The notes: a model not told the origin generated them from the sequence alone. Shown: positions 48,664 to 58,192, counted from the stretch's first letter. The stretch is 64,000 nt of DNA from Candidatus Zhuqueibacterota bacterium (GCA_049322915.1 JBMOPW010000014.1:605527-669526); one strand, 5' to 3'. Numbers and translations: made by a program.

Positions 48664-51600
48664 TTATTCCTGCTTCAGCAACGCCACTTCCAGCTCGCAG
48701 CGCAGACAGCGTTGGGCTTCCTTCATGGCCATTTCCTTGCTGTACACTTGCTCGACTTCTGCGAAGTTCTGAACACGATCTTTCAGAGGCAATTTGTCAG
48801 GAACCACCATGGGATAATCGACCGGGTCGGCGTCGATATCGAACGCCACGTCGGCCGGTTTATGTATTCTCCAGGGATAAACTCGCTCTCCCTTTGTCAG
48901 AAATTGATCGATGGATTCGGCAATATGCTGCCCCGCAGCGACCGCTTTGATGACGGTGGCAGGCCCGGTGGTGACATCGCCGCCGGCGAAAACATTGGGT
49001 ATACTTGTCTGGCCGGTCTTGCTGATTTTGATTGTGCCATCTTCCCATGTTTCCACCTCCAGCCCGGCGAACAATTGCTCCACGTCGGCAAATTCACCAA
49101 TGGCCGGGATGATGATATCCGCGTCCAGCATGAATTCGGAGCCTTTGCGCGGAATGGGCTTGCGTCGGCCATCTTTTCCAAAGATGTCCAGATCCATGCG
49201 GATGCACTGAATGCCGGTCACCTTTTGTCCATCGCCTAAAATCTGAACCGGCGCGGATAAAATTTCCAGCCTGGCGCCTTCTTCAATGCCGTCGTCAATT
49301 TCATCTTTGAATGCCGGCATCTCTTCCCTGGTTCGGCGGTAGACGATTGTCACGTTTCTGGCGCCCATGCGGATGCAGGTTCTGGCTGCATCGACGGCTG
49401 TATTGCCGCCGCCAACCACCACAACGCGCATGTCTTTGATATACGGCTTTTTGCCGATTTTAATATCGCGCAGAAAATCCACGCCCTGGTAAACGCCAAG
49501 CAGATTCTCGCCGTCGACGCCGAGCGAACGGTCACCGTACATTCCCACGGCCACGAAAAATGCGTCGTAGCCATCATTCATCAGGGTTTTGAAAGGAATG
49601 TCCACGCCAATTTTTGTATTTAATTTGATGTCAACGCCCATGTCTTTGATCGCATCGATTTCCCGTTGCAGGACGGAATTGGGCAGCCGACTCGCCGGGA
49701 TGGCTTCGGCCATCATGCCGCCGGCCACTTCATGGGCTTCAAAGACAGTGACCTGGTAACCCAACCGCGCCAGGAAATAAGCAGCGCTCAAACCGGCCGG
49801 GCCTCCGCCAATGACGCCGATATGATGAGGCAGTTTGGTCTTGGGAATCGGTATTTTGGGGAATTGTCCTTTTTCAGTGAGATGATCGCCGGCAAATCGC
49901 TTCAGCGCGCGGATGGCCACCGGCCCGTCGATCTGATTGCGCCGGCACTTAAACTGACAGGGATGGTCGCACACGCGGCCGCACACGGATGGGAATGGAT
50001 TGGTGTTGAGAATTTCCAGCAGGGCGTCCTCAAACCGGCCCGCGGCCGTGTACGCAATGTATGCCGGAGCGTTTGTCCCGGCCGGACAGCTATTTTGACA
50101 GGGTGAAATGTAGAGATTGCGGCACACGCTGGCGGAGCATTTCTTCTCGACGATGTGCTCGATATATTCATGTCGGAAATAGCGCAGCGTGCTCAGCACC
50201 GGATTGGACGCCGTCTGTCCCAGGCCGCACTGAGTGGTATCCGCCACCACATGAGCCAGTTCCTCTAACAGCGCCAGTTTTTCCAGCGTGCCGCGGCCTT
50301 CGGTAATATCGGTGACCAGTTCCAGCATTCGCTGAATGCCCTTGCGACAGGTGAAACATTTGCCGCACGATTCATCAAGCAGGAATGTGAGAAAATACCT
50401 GGCGACGTCCACCATGCAGGTGTCTTCGTCCATCACCACCATACCGCCTGAGCCCATGATGGAGCCGGCTTCGGCCAATTTTTCGTAATCCACCGGCAGG
50501 TTGAGCATTTCAATGGGCAGGCAGCCGCCGGAAGGTCCGCCGGTCTGCACGGCCTTAAATTTTTTGCCGCCGGGAATGCCGCCGCCGATATTGAAAATGA
50601 TGTCGCCCAGCGGAATGCCCATCGGCACTTCGACCAGACCGGTGTTATTTATCTTGCCAACCAGCGAGAAAATTTTAGTGCCTTTGCTCTTTTCAGTGCC
50701 CAGACTGGCGAACCATTCGGCGCCGCGAGTGATGATATTGGGCACGTTGGCCCAGGTCTCGACATTGTTGATGTTGGTCGGCTGGCCCCAGAGTCCGCGC
50801 TGAATGGGATAGGGTGGACGCTGTTTCGGCTCGCCCACACGTCCCTGAATCGACGCCAGGAGCGCCGTCTCTTCGCCGCAGACAAACGCGCCGGCGCCGC
50901 GCACTACTTTAAGTCGGAACGAAAATCCGCTCCCCAAAATATCATCGCCCAGCAAGCCGTATTCTTCCGCCTGTTTGATGGCCAGATTGACGCGCTTCAC
51001 GGCCAGAGGATATTCATCGCGGACGTAAACGTATCCCTCCGACGCGCCGATGGCATAGGCGCCAATGATCATGCCTTCCAGAACTGCATGGGGATCGGAT
51101 TCCAGAATGCTCCGATCCATGAACGCGCCGGGGTCGCCTTCATCGGCGTTGCACACCACATATTTTTCGGAACCGCGCGATTTGCGGCACAACTCCCATT
51201 TTAACCCGGTGGGGAAACCGGCGCCGCCACGGCCCCGAAGTCCAGAGGCCTTGATGGCTGCGATGAGTTCATCCGGTTTAAATTCGGTGAGCGCTTTGGC
51301 TAATGCGTCGTATCCGCCAAAGGCAATATATTCATCGATGATCTCGGGATCGATGCGCCCCCGATTTTTTAACACAATCAGTCGCTGATGTTTGAAGAAC
51401 TCGATATCGTTCATGGTGGGAACAGGTTCTTCTTTCTCAGGTGGGACATACATGAATTCTTTGACAGGCCGGCCTTTTTTGAAATGTTCTTCGACAAGAT
51501 GAGGTATGTTCTCCACTTTAAGTTGCTGATAAAAGATTCCTTCCGGTTGGACCACAACGATGGGTCCCCGCTCGCAAAATCCATTGCAGCCCGTGGTAAT

Positions 51601-51729
51601 CACCTGGATTTCGTTGTGAAGCCCCTGTTTCTGCAACTCCTGTTCTAACGCTGCTTTAATTTTGAAGGAACCATTGGAAACACAACCTGTACCGGCGCAA
51701 ACCAATAAATGTGCTCGATATTGTTTCAA
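48664..51729 (-). CDS. HydB/NuoF-type NADH-FMN subunit fused to a GltD/NfnB-like FAD-NADPH domain
   Basis: CAGTGC/GCNGFC, GRGGAGFPTG, NADEGDPG, GAFVCGEE, ESCGKC..C...CGLG, then PCQNSCP, CGRVC..PC...C, GGGPAG, GGGNTA, YRR. Confidence 0.92.
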   Translation of the reverse strand: MKQYRAHLLVCAGTGCVSNGSFKIKAALEQELQKQGLHNEIQVITTGCNGFCERGPIVVVQPEGIFYQQLKVENIPHLVEEHFKKGRPVKEFMYVPPEKEEPVPTMNDIEFFKHQRLIVLKNRGRIDPEIIDEYIAFGGYDALAKALTEFKPDELIAAIKASGLRGRGGAGFPTGLKWELCRKSRGSEKYVVCNADEGDPGAFMDRSILESDPHAVLEGMIIGAYAIGASEGYVYVRDEYPLAVKRVNLAIKQAEEYGLLGDDILGSGFSFRLKVVRGAGAFVCGEETALLASIQGRVGEPKQRPPYPIQRGLWGQPTNINNVETWANVPNIITRGAEWFASLGTEKSKGTKIFSLVGKINNTGLVEVPMGIPLGDIIFNIGGGIPGGKKFKAVQTGGPSGGCLPIEMLNLPVDYEKLAEAGSIMGSGGMVVMDEDTCMVDVARYFLTFLLDESCGKCFTCRKGIQRMLELVTDITEGRGTLEKLALLEELAHVVADTTQCGLGQTASNPVLSTLRYFRHEYIEHIVEKKCSASVCRNLYISPCQNSCPAGTNAPAYIAYTAAGRFEDALLEILNTNPFPSVCGRVCDHPCQFKCRRNQIDGPVAIRALKRFAGDHLTEKGQFPKIPIPKTKLPHHIGVIGGGPAGLSAAYFLARLGYQVTVFEAHEVAGGMMAEAIPASRLPNSVLQREIDAIKDMGVDIKLNTKIGVDIPFKTLMNDGYDAFFVAVGMYGDRSLGVDGENLLGVYQGVDFLRDIKIGKKPYIKDMRVVVVGGGNTAVDAARTCIRMGARNVTIVYRRTREEMPAFKDEIDDGIEEGARLEILSAPVQILGDGQKVTGIQCIRMDLDIFGKDGRRKPIPRKGSEFMLDADIIIPAIGEFADVEQLFAGLEVETWEDGTIKISKTGQTSIPNVFAGGDVTTGPATVIKAVAAGQHIAESIDQFLTKGERVYPWRIHKPADVAFDIDADPVDYPMVVPDKLPLKDRVQNFAEVEQVYSKEMAMKEAQRCLRCELEVALLKQE

Positions 51730-51761
51730 GTTATTCTCCCTGTTAATATGAGGTTAGGTCG

Positions 51762-52145
51762 CTAAAAGGTTCGCTCACTTCCTATCGCCAAGGCGTATTT
51801 GGTGACAATGTTGCCGCCCAAAATATGTTCGCTCAAGATGGTTTTAATTTTTTCGCGGGTCAACTCCACGTATTTGACCGGCGGTTTGCCGGGAATTTCC
51901 ACCGTCACCATCGGTTCCTTGCTGCACAGTCCGGCGCAGCCTGATGTGGTGACAATGACATCCGTGATATGGCGCGATTCAAGTTCACCCATCAATGCTT
52001 CCATAATATCGCGAGCCCCGGAGGCAATGCCACACGTTCCCATGTGCACAATCACTTTCGCTCTCCCCGCTCCTTCACGAAGCACGACAGTTCCCCGGGC
52101 TTTTTCCCGGATGTTTTTCAAATCTTCAAGGGTGAGTTTAGGCAT
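51762..52145 (-). CDS. HydD/HndB-like thioredoxin-fold ferredoxin subunit
   Basis: VHMGTCGIASGA...SGCAGLC..EP.V.V. Confidence 0.88.
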   Translation of the reverse strand: MPKLTLEDLKNIREKARGTVVLREGAGRAKVIVHMGTCGIASGARDIMEALMGELESRHITDVIVTTSGCAGLCSKEPMVTVEIPGKPPVKYVELTREKIKTILSEHILGGNIVTKYALAIGSERTF

Positions 52146-52210
52146 AGTGTATTCCTTTTCAATTATGATACATTAAATGGAATTATCTAAACAAGCACGT
52201 GTGACATGAC

Positions 52211-52693
52211 CTACTCGGCTTTTTCCTTCGCTCCATTATGATTGCTGTATTGATCCAGAATGGCATTGACCTTCTGGGGTCGGGTATTGCCGTGATAGGT
52301 TTCGTCGACCACAACGATGGGACCCAGGGCGCAGGCGCCGAGACAGTTGACTGTCTTCAACGTGAATAACCGGTCGTCTGTGGTTTCGCCGGCCACAATG
52401 TCCAATTTCTTTTCCACCTTTTCGAGAACCCGATGTGCTCCGCGAACATGACATGCGGTTCCCAGACATACCTGCACCAGGTGCTTCCCCCGCGGCGTGA
52501 GGCTGAAGGAATTGTAAAACGAAGCGATGCCGAAAAGATCGATCAGGGGTATTTCCATTTTTTCCGAGATGTAGCGGAGTGAATCCTCAGGCAGGTAATT
52601 GTAAACTGCCTGAACATCCTGTAAAATAGCAATAATCCCGGAACGGTTTTTCCCATTTCGTTCTAAAATCTCGGCGATTGTCTCTTGTTCCAT
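52211..52693 (-). CDS. HydC/NuoE-like [2Fe-2S] subunit
   Basis: ILQDVQ..YNYLP, VCLGTACH..GA, NCLGACALGP. Confidence 0.92.
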   Translation of the reverse strand: MEQETIAEILERNGKNRSGIIAILQDVQAVYNYLPEDSLRYISEKMEIPLIDLFGIASFYNSFSLTPRGKHLVQVCLGTACHVRGAHRVLEKVEKKLDIVAGETTDDRLFTLKTVNCLGACALGPIVVVDETYHGNTRPQKVNAILDQYSNHNGAKEKAE

Positions 52694-53529
52694 ACGTTCA
52701 CTCCAGATTAAATTTGTATTTTATCTCAGTTACAATTTGCCAAAATAATCCAGCGAAGTGCGCGCTCCCCATTGCTTTTAACTGGCTGTATTTTCGACAC
52801 AGGCGGCAGTGCTCCTTCAATTCGCGCCGGGGAACGAATCTGAATTTCGCAGGGAGGTCACATCGATGGCCGTCGTCACGTCTCCGGCGCAGGAATCCAA
52901 ATGACCTTGCCGGCCAAATTCAGCAATTCTGGCCCGTGGGCCCAATGCTGAAGATGCATCCTTGCAATGCGCATTTTGCTGGAATATATCACATCTTCAA
53001 CAATGTATTTGGCCATAGATTTTCCCTCGTACATCTAATTGAGTTTCAGATCTCAAAAAAAACTGGTAAAATCATGTTTATCATGAGAAATATCGGATAA
53101 GACTGAACTGATGGAGAATTGGTAATATGAAGTGTGAAGCGCGAAATGGTAGCATAACACTGCTGGAATGATGAGCCTCTGCGGCGTGCACCCACGTGAG
53201 TCATTAAGTTTGTTAAAGACGCTAATACCAGATCTGTTGGGCATCATACTTGATTCAGTTCGATTATCGTTGGGTGAGGGTCGCAATCTTAACAGAATCA
53301 GATTGTATATTCAACAAATATTTATCTTAAACAAGAGTTGATTTTCGGGAGTGAATCGATTTTTCAAAATCAGCGCACCCCATCGGATTTTGGTAATGGC
53401 TGAATTTGCTTGTTCAAATTATGAATTTATTCTGTCTGGTAAAAGAATATTAGTTGAATTGGAGGCTCAACATACAAAATTATTTTCAAAGATGCAATAA
53501 CTATTTCGCTTGAAAAAAGAATTTCAACA

Positions 53530-54054
53530 TCATTTACTTTTTTGGAAAGCGCTCAGATCGACTTCGTGCCAGCCTTCGGCAAACGGCAATGGAGAAGGAC
53601 ACCAGAGAAGAATATTATAGCGGTTGGAAATTTTCTGTTGTAACTGCTGAAAGTGTTCGAAGCTGTTATCCGTATCAAATTCGTTTTTATCAAAATTTCG
53701 AATGAGCGGCTGAATGTACTTGATGTCGAAGATGATGTAACTGCCGTGGTCGACTCCAAAGATCACTTTGTTCCCTGTCGTTTCCACATCCCAGAACTGC
53801 ACCCTTTCCGCATCAAAATCATAGGTGCCCGGCCCGTCGCTGAGGCGGACCAATCCGACAAGTTCTCCGCAACCATTCGGAAATAAATGCTGGCTCAGCA
53901 GTTGAGCGGCAAGCTCCGGGGCGCTGAGGAAGTCGATGCCCGACGCTTCGATCGAGTTGGCCAGTTTCAAATAAGTCGGATCAATGATGATGAGAAAACC
54001 GGTTTCAGAAAAAATTTTCATAGAAACCTCCAAATTTATTGGACTGCTTTCCAT
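53530..54054 (-). CDS. Hypothetical protein
   Basis: 174-aa ORF with plausible composition; a second ATG at 54021 has a ggagg RBS; no recognised motif. Confidence 0.55.
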   Translation of the reverse strand: MESSPINLEVSMKIFSETGFLIIIDPTYLKLANSIEASGIDFLSAPELAAQLLSQHLFPNGCGELVGLVRLSDGPGTYDFDAERVQFWDVETTGNKVIFGVDHGSYIIFDIKYIQPLIRNFDKNEFDTDNSFEHFQQLQQKISNRYNILLWCPSPLPFAEGWHEVDLSAFQKSK

Positions 54055-54260
54055 GTTTTAGTGTATCTGTAACGATGGACTGGATGTTTTAACGGTCAAT
54101 CGCAGGCTCGCATCGCACAGGCAGATAGCCTGATGATTGTCTGCAACGGCTCTCTGCAAACAGCACCCATTTCAATGGACGGAGTTGCCTGGTATTTCCC
54201 CATTGATGCCGCCCGGCGCTTCGATACAATAGGGAGTCCCAGTGACTTGTGAATTTAAAG

Positions 54261-54835
54261 AGTGTCTGTCCGAAAACACCTGAATTTGCTATGGGGCTGA
54301 TATTTTCAAACTTCATTACTTTAGACCTCATTCCCTAATACCCTCCTTTACCCTGCCGGCAAGAAGGGGAACATCTGTACACCCTCTCCTTCCAGGCTCA
54401 TCCTTGCCCATATCTTTTCTAACGCAGAGGTCGCATAGACCGCAGAGGTGCGCAGAGTTTTGGTGTTGAAAAAAAGCTGTTTGCAAACTTATGAAACCAG
54501 GTATTTTCCTGGTTATTTTGGTCTTCTGTTGCTTTTGATGAACATGATTTTCATTGTTTGATTGAAAATTTTAAAATCGCTCAGGTCAATTTAAAGCTGG
54601 TCATTTCTCTGCGCCCTTCGCGACCTCTGCATTTCATTTGATTTGTTAACCCTACTACGTCACATAGATTTTTTATCGTTGTATATTGTATTTTTGATAG
54701 ATGAAAAACTCAACATATTGTGATAAATTTACTAAATGACGTTGTAGGGTTAATATCCCCCAACTTATGGGTAAGGATTAGCCTTTAGGACAGGGTTGGG
54801 GTGATGTCAATAATAGCAGTTTTCGGACAGACTCT
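54261..54835. mobile_element. ~575-bp non-autonomous element with 17-bp terminal IRs, containing nested smaller elements
   Basis: agtgtctgtccgaaaac (54261-54277) and gttttcggacagactct (54819-54835), 16/17 match; no ORF inside. Confidence 0.7.
54646..54753. mobile_element. 108-bp TTAA-CCCT MITE-like element, copy 2
   Basis: See 14381-14488. Confidence 0.8.
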
Positions 54836-54846
54836 AAATAGCGAGG

Positions 54847-56046
54847 TTAATCGACGATATCATATTTCACAATCTGACCGATACTGGTTGTCATGTTCGG
54901 CCAGATTTTCCGGCCGGGATACACGGAAGTGTGGATCCCGGTTCGCACGCCGTCGCCAATGGCGGTGCCGAACTTCCTGAGCCGCGTATCAACGAGTGCG
55001 CCTTTGACGGCGGAGCGCACATTCGCCCCGTCGTGGCGCACATTCGCCGAGATGAACCCTGCTCCCAGATTGACTCTCTCGCCGATCACGGAATCGCCCA
55101 CATAGCTGAGATGGCAGATGTTGGTCCTGTCAAAAATGACGGAGTTTTTTATTTCCACACTGTGCCCGATGACGCAGTGGTCGCCGATAGAGGTGCAGCC
55201 CCGAATGTAGCAATTGGGCCCGATGCGGCAGTCCGAGCCGATGAACACCGGGCCTTCGATATACGCCCCGGACTTGACGATGGTATTCGCACCGATGCGC
55301 ACAGTTCCCCTGAGCATCACGTTCGCCTCCACCTGTCCCAGGATGCTGCTTTCGGTCTCGCGCTTCATAAAAAATTCCTGGGAGTTGAGCAATTCCCAGG
55401 GATAGCCGTTCGCCAGCCAGAAGCCGGTGAGCGGCTCGACAAAAAACGGCTCTTTCCTGGCGCAGTCGAGTATGGAACTGGTGATTTCGATCTCGCCGCG
55501 TTCGCTGAGCGGTGTGGTTTTGATGTATTCGAAAAACGCCTTGTCGAACATGTAACAGCCGACGTTCGTGAGATTGCCGATGAATTGTTTCGGCTTTTCC
55601 ACGAGGTTCAACACGCGGTTTTGCTCGTCCACCTGGTACACGCCATACTGGGATGGATCTTCTTCAAAGCGAACCAGGGCAGCGTATTTGAATTTGACCA
55701 GCTTTTTCATATCCTCGTGCGCGTAAATATCATCACCGTTCAGAGCGATGAAGCGGTCTTTGATGAAAGGCTCAGTCTGCAGAATGGCATGGCCGGTTCC
55801 CAATTGCTCCTTCTGCTCGCAATAGGTGATTTTTATCGAACGCCACTGGCTGCCCAATCGCTCTTTGATCATCTCCTGCCGATAGCCGACAATCAAAATG
55901 ACCTCATCGACGAGCCCCTCCAGATTTTCCAGATTGTACTCGATAATGGTTTTATTCCCGATGGCCAACAGCGGCTTGGGTCGGGTGAGCGTGAGCGGAT
56001 AGGTACGCGTACTTTTCCCCGCCACTAACATCACTGCCTGCATCAT
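54847..56046 (-). CDS. Archaeal-type bifunctional sugar-1-phosphate nucleotidylyltransferase/acetyltransferase (GlmU-like)
   Basis: LVAGKSTR..PLT..RPKPL, LSERGEIE, YPWELL, hexapeptide repeats, HLSYVGDS, AN.RHD, RKFG..IGD. Confidence 0.85.
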   Translation of the reverse strand: MMQAVMLVAGKSTRTYPLTLTRPKPLLAIGNKTIIEYNLENLEGLVDEVILIVGYRQEMIKERLGSQWRSIKITYCEQKEQLGTGHAILQTEPFIKDRFIALNGDDIYAHEDMKKLVKFKYAALVRFEEDPSQYGVYQVDEQNRVLNLVEKPKQFIGNLTNVGCYMFDKAFFEYIKTTPLSERGEIEITSSILDCARKEPFFVEPLTGFWLANGYPWELLNSQEFFMKRETESSILGQVEANVMLRGTVRIGANTIVKSGAYIEGPVFIGSDCRIGPNCYIRGCTSIGDHCVIGHSVEIKNSVIFDRTNICHLSYVGDSVIGERVNLGAGFISANVRHDGANVRSAVKGALVDTRLRKFGTAIGDGVRTGIHTSVYPGRKIWPNMTTSIGQIVKYDIVD

Positions 56047-56185
56047 ACGTGCTCCTCTTTCGCGTTATAATTTTCTATTCATGAAATTGTAAAGGACAGA
56101 CCATACTGAAGCAATGCGCTGGTTTAAAATTGTACCAACACCACGATGTATCGTTGTGTTCAAAAATTGATACTTTTATGTTTAT

Positions 56186-56261
56186 GTAGTGGACGGTCGC
56201 GACCGTTCACTACGCGCATGTCCAATAATAATGAAGGCGCAAAATATTAACTGGTCATTCA
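56186..56261. repeat. GTAG-type REP palindrome with conserved flank, copy 2
   Basis: gtagtggacggtcgcgaccgttcactac; see 2672-2748. Confidence 0.8.
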
Positions 56262-56429
56262 AATTACAAATGAAATGATTCTAACCTTGAACCCGGAACT
56301 CGAACCAGCCAACCTGGGTAGATACAAAAATACAAGAAAAATTATCAGAGTCAAGTCTATTTTCAGTTATGTTGAAAAATTCACCTTGACTTTCAAAAAA
56401 TATTTTTTTAGTATACTCTCGATTAGCGC

Positions 56430-57305
56430 ATGGAGGAAAAGATGAAATGGACATCCCGCATTTTTGTGTGTTGGCTCACCATTCTGGTTGGTTCAGGATT
56501 GGCACAGACAACTGAGCCGGATGAACGGGGATACATTGTTCAGGTCGGGCAGTCAGTTGAAAATTTTGAAGTGAAGCTCATCGATGGACAGGTGAAGAAA
56601 TTATCGGAGTTCAACGCGCCGGTGCTGGTGCTCAATTTCTTCGCATCATGGTGTGTGGTCTGCCGCAATGAAATTCCCCATCTTGAAAAGGAAGTCTGGC
56701 AGGCCATGAAGGAAAAAGGGCTGGTCATCCTCGGCGTCGATTACAAAGAAGCGCCGGCTGTCGCGGATAAATTTGCGAAGGAGATGCACATCACCTATCC
56801 GGTGGCGCTGGACACCACTGGCTCGATTTTCGAGCGATTCGCGCGGGGCGGCGTCACCCGAAATATTGTGCTGGACAGGAATTGCACCATCATCTTTCTG
56901 ACGCGGTTGTTCGACCCGGCGGAATTCAACGCCATGAAAAAAACGATCGGATTGGAATTGCAGAAAAATCCGCAATCGACACTCACCCCACCGGAGGTTC
57001 GGGAAAAGATGGATTCGCTATATTTAACCGATCTGGCAAAATCGGGGAAACGGATTGCGCTGGAATACCAGGGCGCGCATCCGCTTCATCTGGAAGGATC
57101 GATCAACGCCGTCGGCTGGAGAAAAATGGACGTGGGGATTTCATTGTTCAAAGGCGATGTCGTTTCCAGGCATTACGACAAAAAGACCCGGACGCTGCGC
57201 ATTGGCTACCGCCATTTCAGCGGCGTGCGCATCGCCATTTTACCCATGACGTCGTTCTCTGTGCCCAAGGGCATTGAGAGGATTGTGATTTTCGATGAAA
57301 AGTGA
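56430..57305 (+). CDS. Exported TlpA/AhpC-TSA redoxin with ~100-aa C-terminal extension
   Basis: Signal peptide, NFFASWCVVCRNEIP, GVTRN. Confidence 0.85.
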   Translation: MEEKMKWTSRIFVCWLTILVGSGLAQTTEPDERGYIVQVGQSVENFEVKLIDGQVKKLSEFNAPVLVLNFFASWCVVCRNEIPHLEKEVWQAMKEKGLVILGVDYKEAPAVADKFAKEMHITYPVALDTTGSIFERFARGGVTRNIVLDRNCTIIFLTRLFDPAEFNAMKKTIGLELQKNPQSTLTPPEVREKMDSLYLTDLAKSGKRIALEYQGAHPLHLEGSINAVGWRKMDVGISLFKGDVVSRHYDKKTRTLRIGYRHFSGVRIAILPMTSFSVPKGIERIVIFDEK

Positions 57306-57433
57306 GGGGCGTATCCGATCTCCGATTGAGTAAAATCAAACCCGGGACGTTGCGCCCAACAATACCTTTCCGCGCTGACCTGAAGCACACCTGATTGAAT
57401 GCCTGACCGGGCCATGAATCGATCTGCCGGGAA

Positions 57434-57904
57434 TTAATACCGCAATGTCGCTTTGCACCGCTGGGATTTCAGCAGCAGATCGAGTCCGGACAGAATATGC
57501 GTCACAACGATATCCGCTGCAGCAATGGCTCTGGCGGCGCAACCCTCGCCTTCGATCACAGCGATGCCCACGCGCGCCGTCTCCAGCATGCCGCGATCGT
57601 TGTTGCCATTGCCAATCGCCGCAACCGTGCGCCGACCCAGGCCGGCCACGTATTGAGTTTTTTGCACGTCCTCATTGCCTTCGGATAAAATGTGGAGCTG
57701 CACCGGCAGATCGGCGAGCTGCGAGGCTGCCCGTCCAAATGTGTCAGCGGTGATGACGTGCACCGTGGCCAGATTCGCCAACTGCATCAACCGCTCTTTC
57801 ACTCCGTCGATTAAAAAGCCATCAATGGCCAGTGTGCCATTGTAATCTGAAACGATGTGCGCAAGCTCCGTATCGCCAAAGCCGGGGATAGTTATTTTTA
57901 TCAT
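57434..57904 (-). CDS. HAD-family hydrolase (soluble P-type-ATPase-like)
   Basis: DYNGTLA.DG, TADTFG, GNGNND..ML, ATLR. Confidence 0.88.
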   Translation of the reverse strand: MIKITIPGFGDTELAHIVSDYNGTLAIDGFLIDGVKERLMQLANLATVHVITADTFGRAASQLADLPVQLHILSEGNEDVQKTQYVAGLGRRTVAAIGNGNNDRGMLETARVGIAVIEGEGCAARAIAAADIVVTHILSGLDLLLKSQRCKATLRY

Positions 57905-58159
57905 TGGACACACCCTTAATTTTTCTTCCATCATTTCACAAACTGCCCGATTGAATCGCTCCTAATTTACAATGCATTGCTGCCAATTTCAAGGAGAAAA
58001 TTCAGCGCGGCATTGCCTGGCCGAAATTTCACCCGTTGAAAAAATGGATTTGAGAGAATGGCTCAGGCTTGCCTCCGGGCCAGAACGATGGCATGAGTGT
58101 GCTTCATGCAGAGTTACTTTGCCATGAGATGAGAATTTTTCCCGGGTCGGCGCATATTT

Positions 58160-58192
58160 ATACTTGACTATTATGGTAGAGTATGGTATATT
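58160..58192 (+). promoter_or_regulatory. Sigma-70 promoter overlapped by an IscR type-1-like operator
   Basis: TTGACT-N17-TATATT; ATACTTGACTATTATGGTAGAGTAT resembles ATASYYGACTRwwwYAGTCRRSTAT. Confidence 0.65.

Noticed and set aside
47693..52693. [FeFe]-hydrogenase, formate dehydrogenase or complex I operon
   Set aside because: No H-cluster, molybdopterin or membrane subunits are encoded; only the electron-transfer module is present.
53530..54230. Integron gene cassette with attC site
   Set aside because: Some CCGTT/AAC motifs are present, but I could not build a convincing attC hairpin and there is no integrase.
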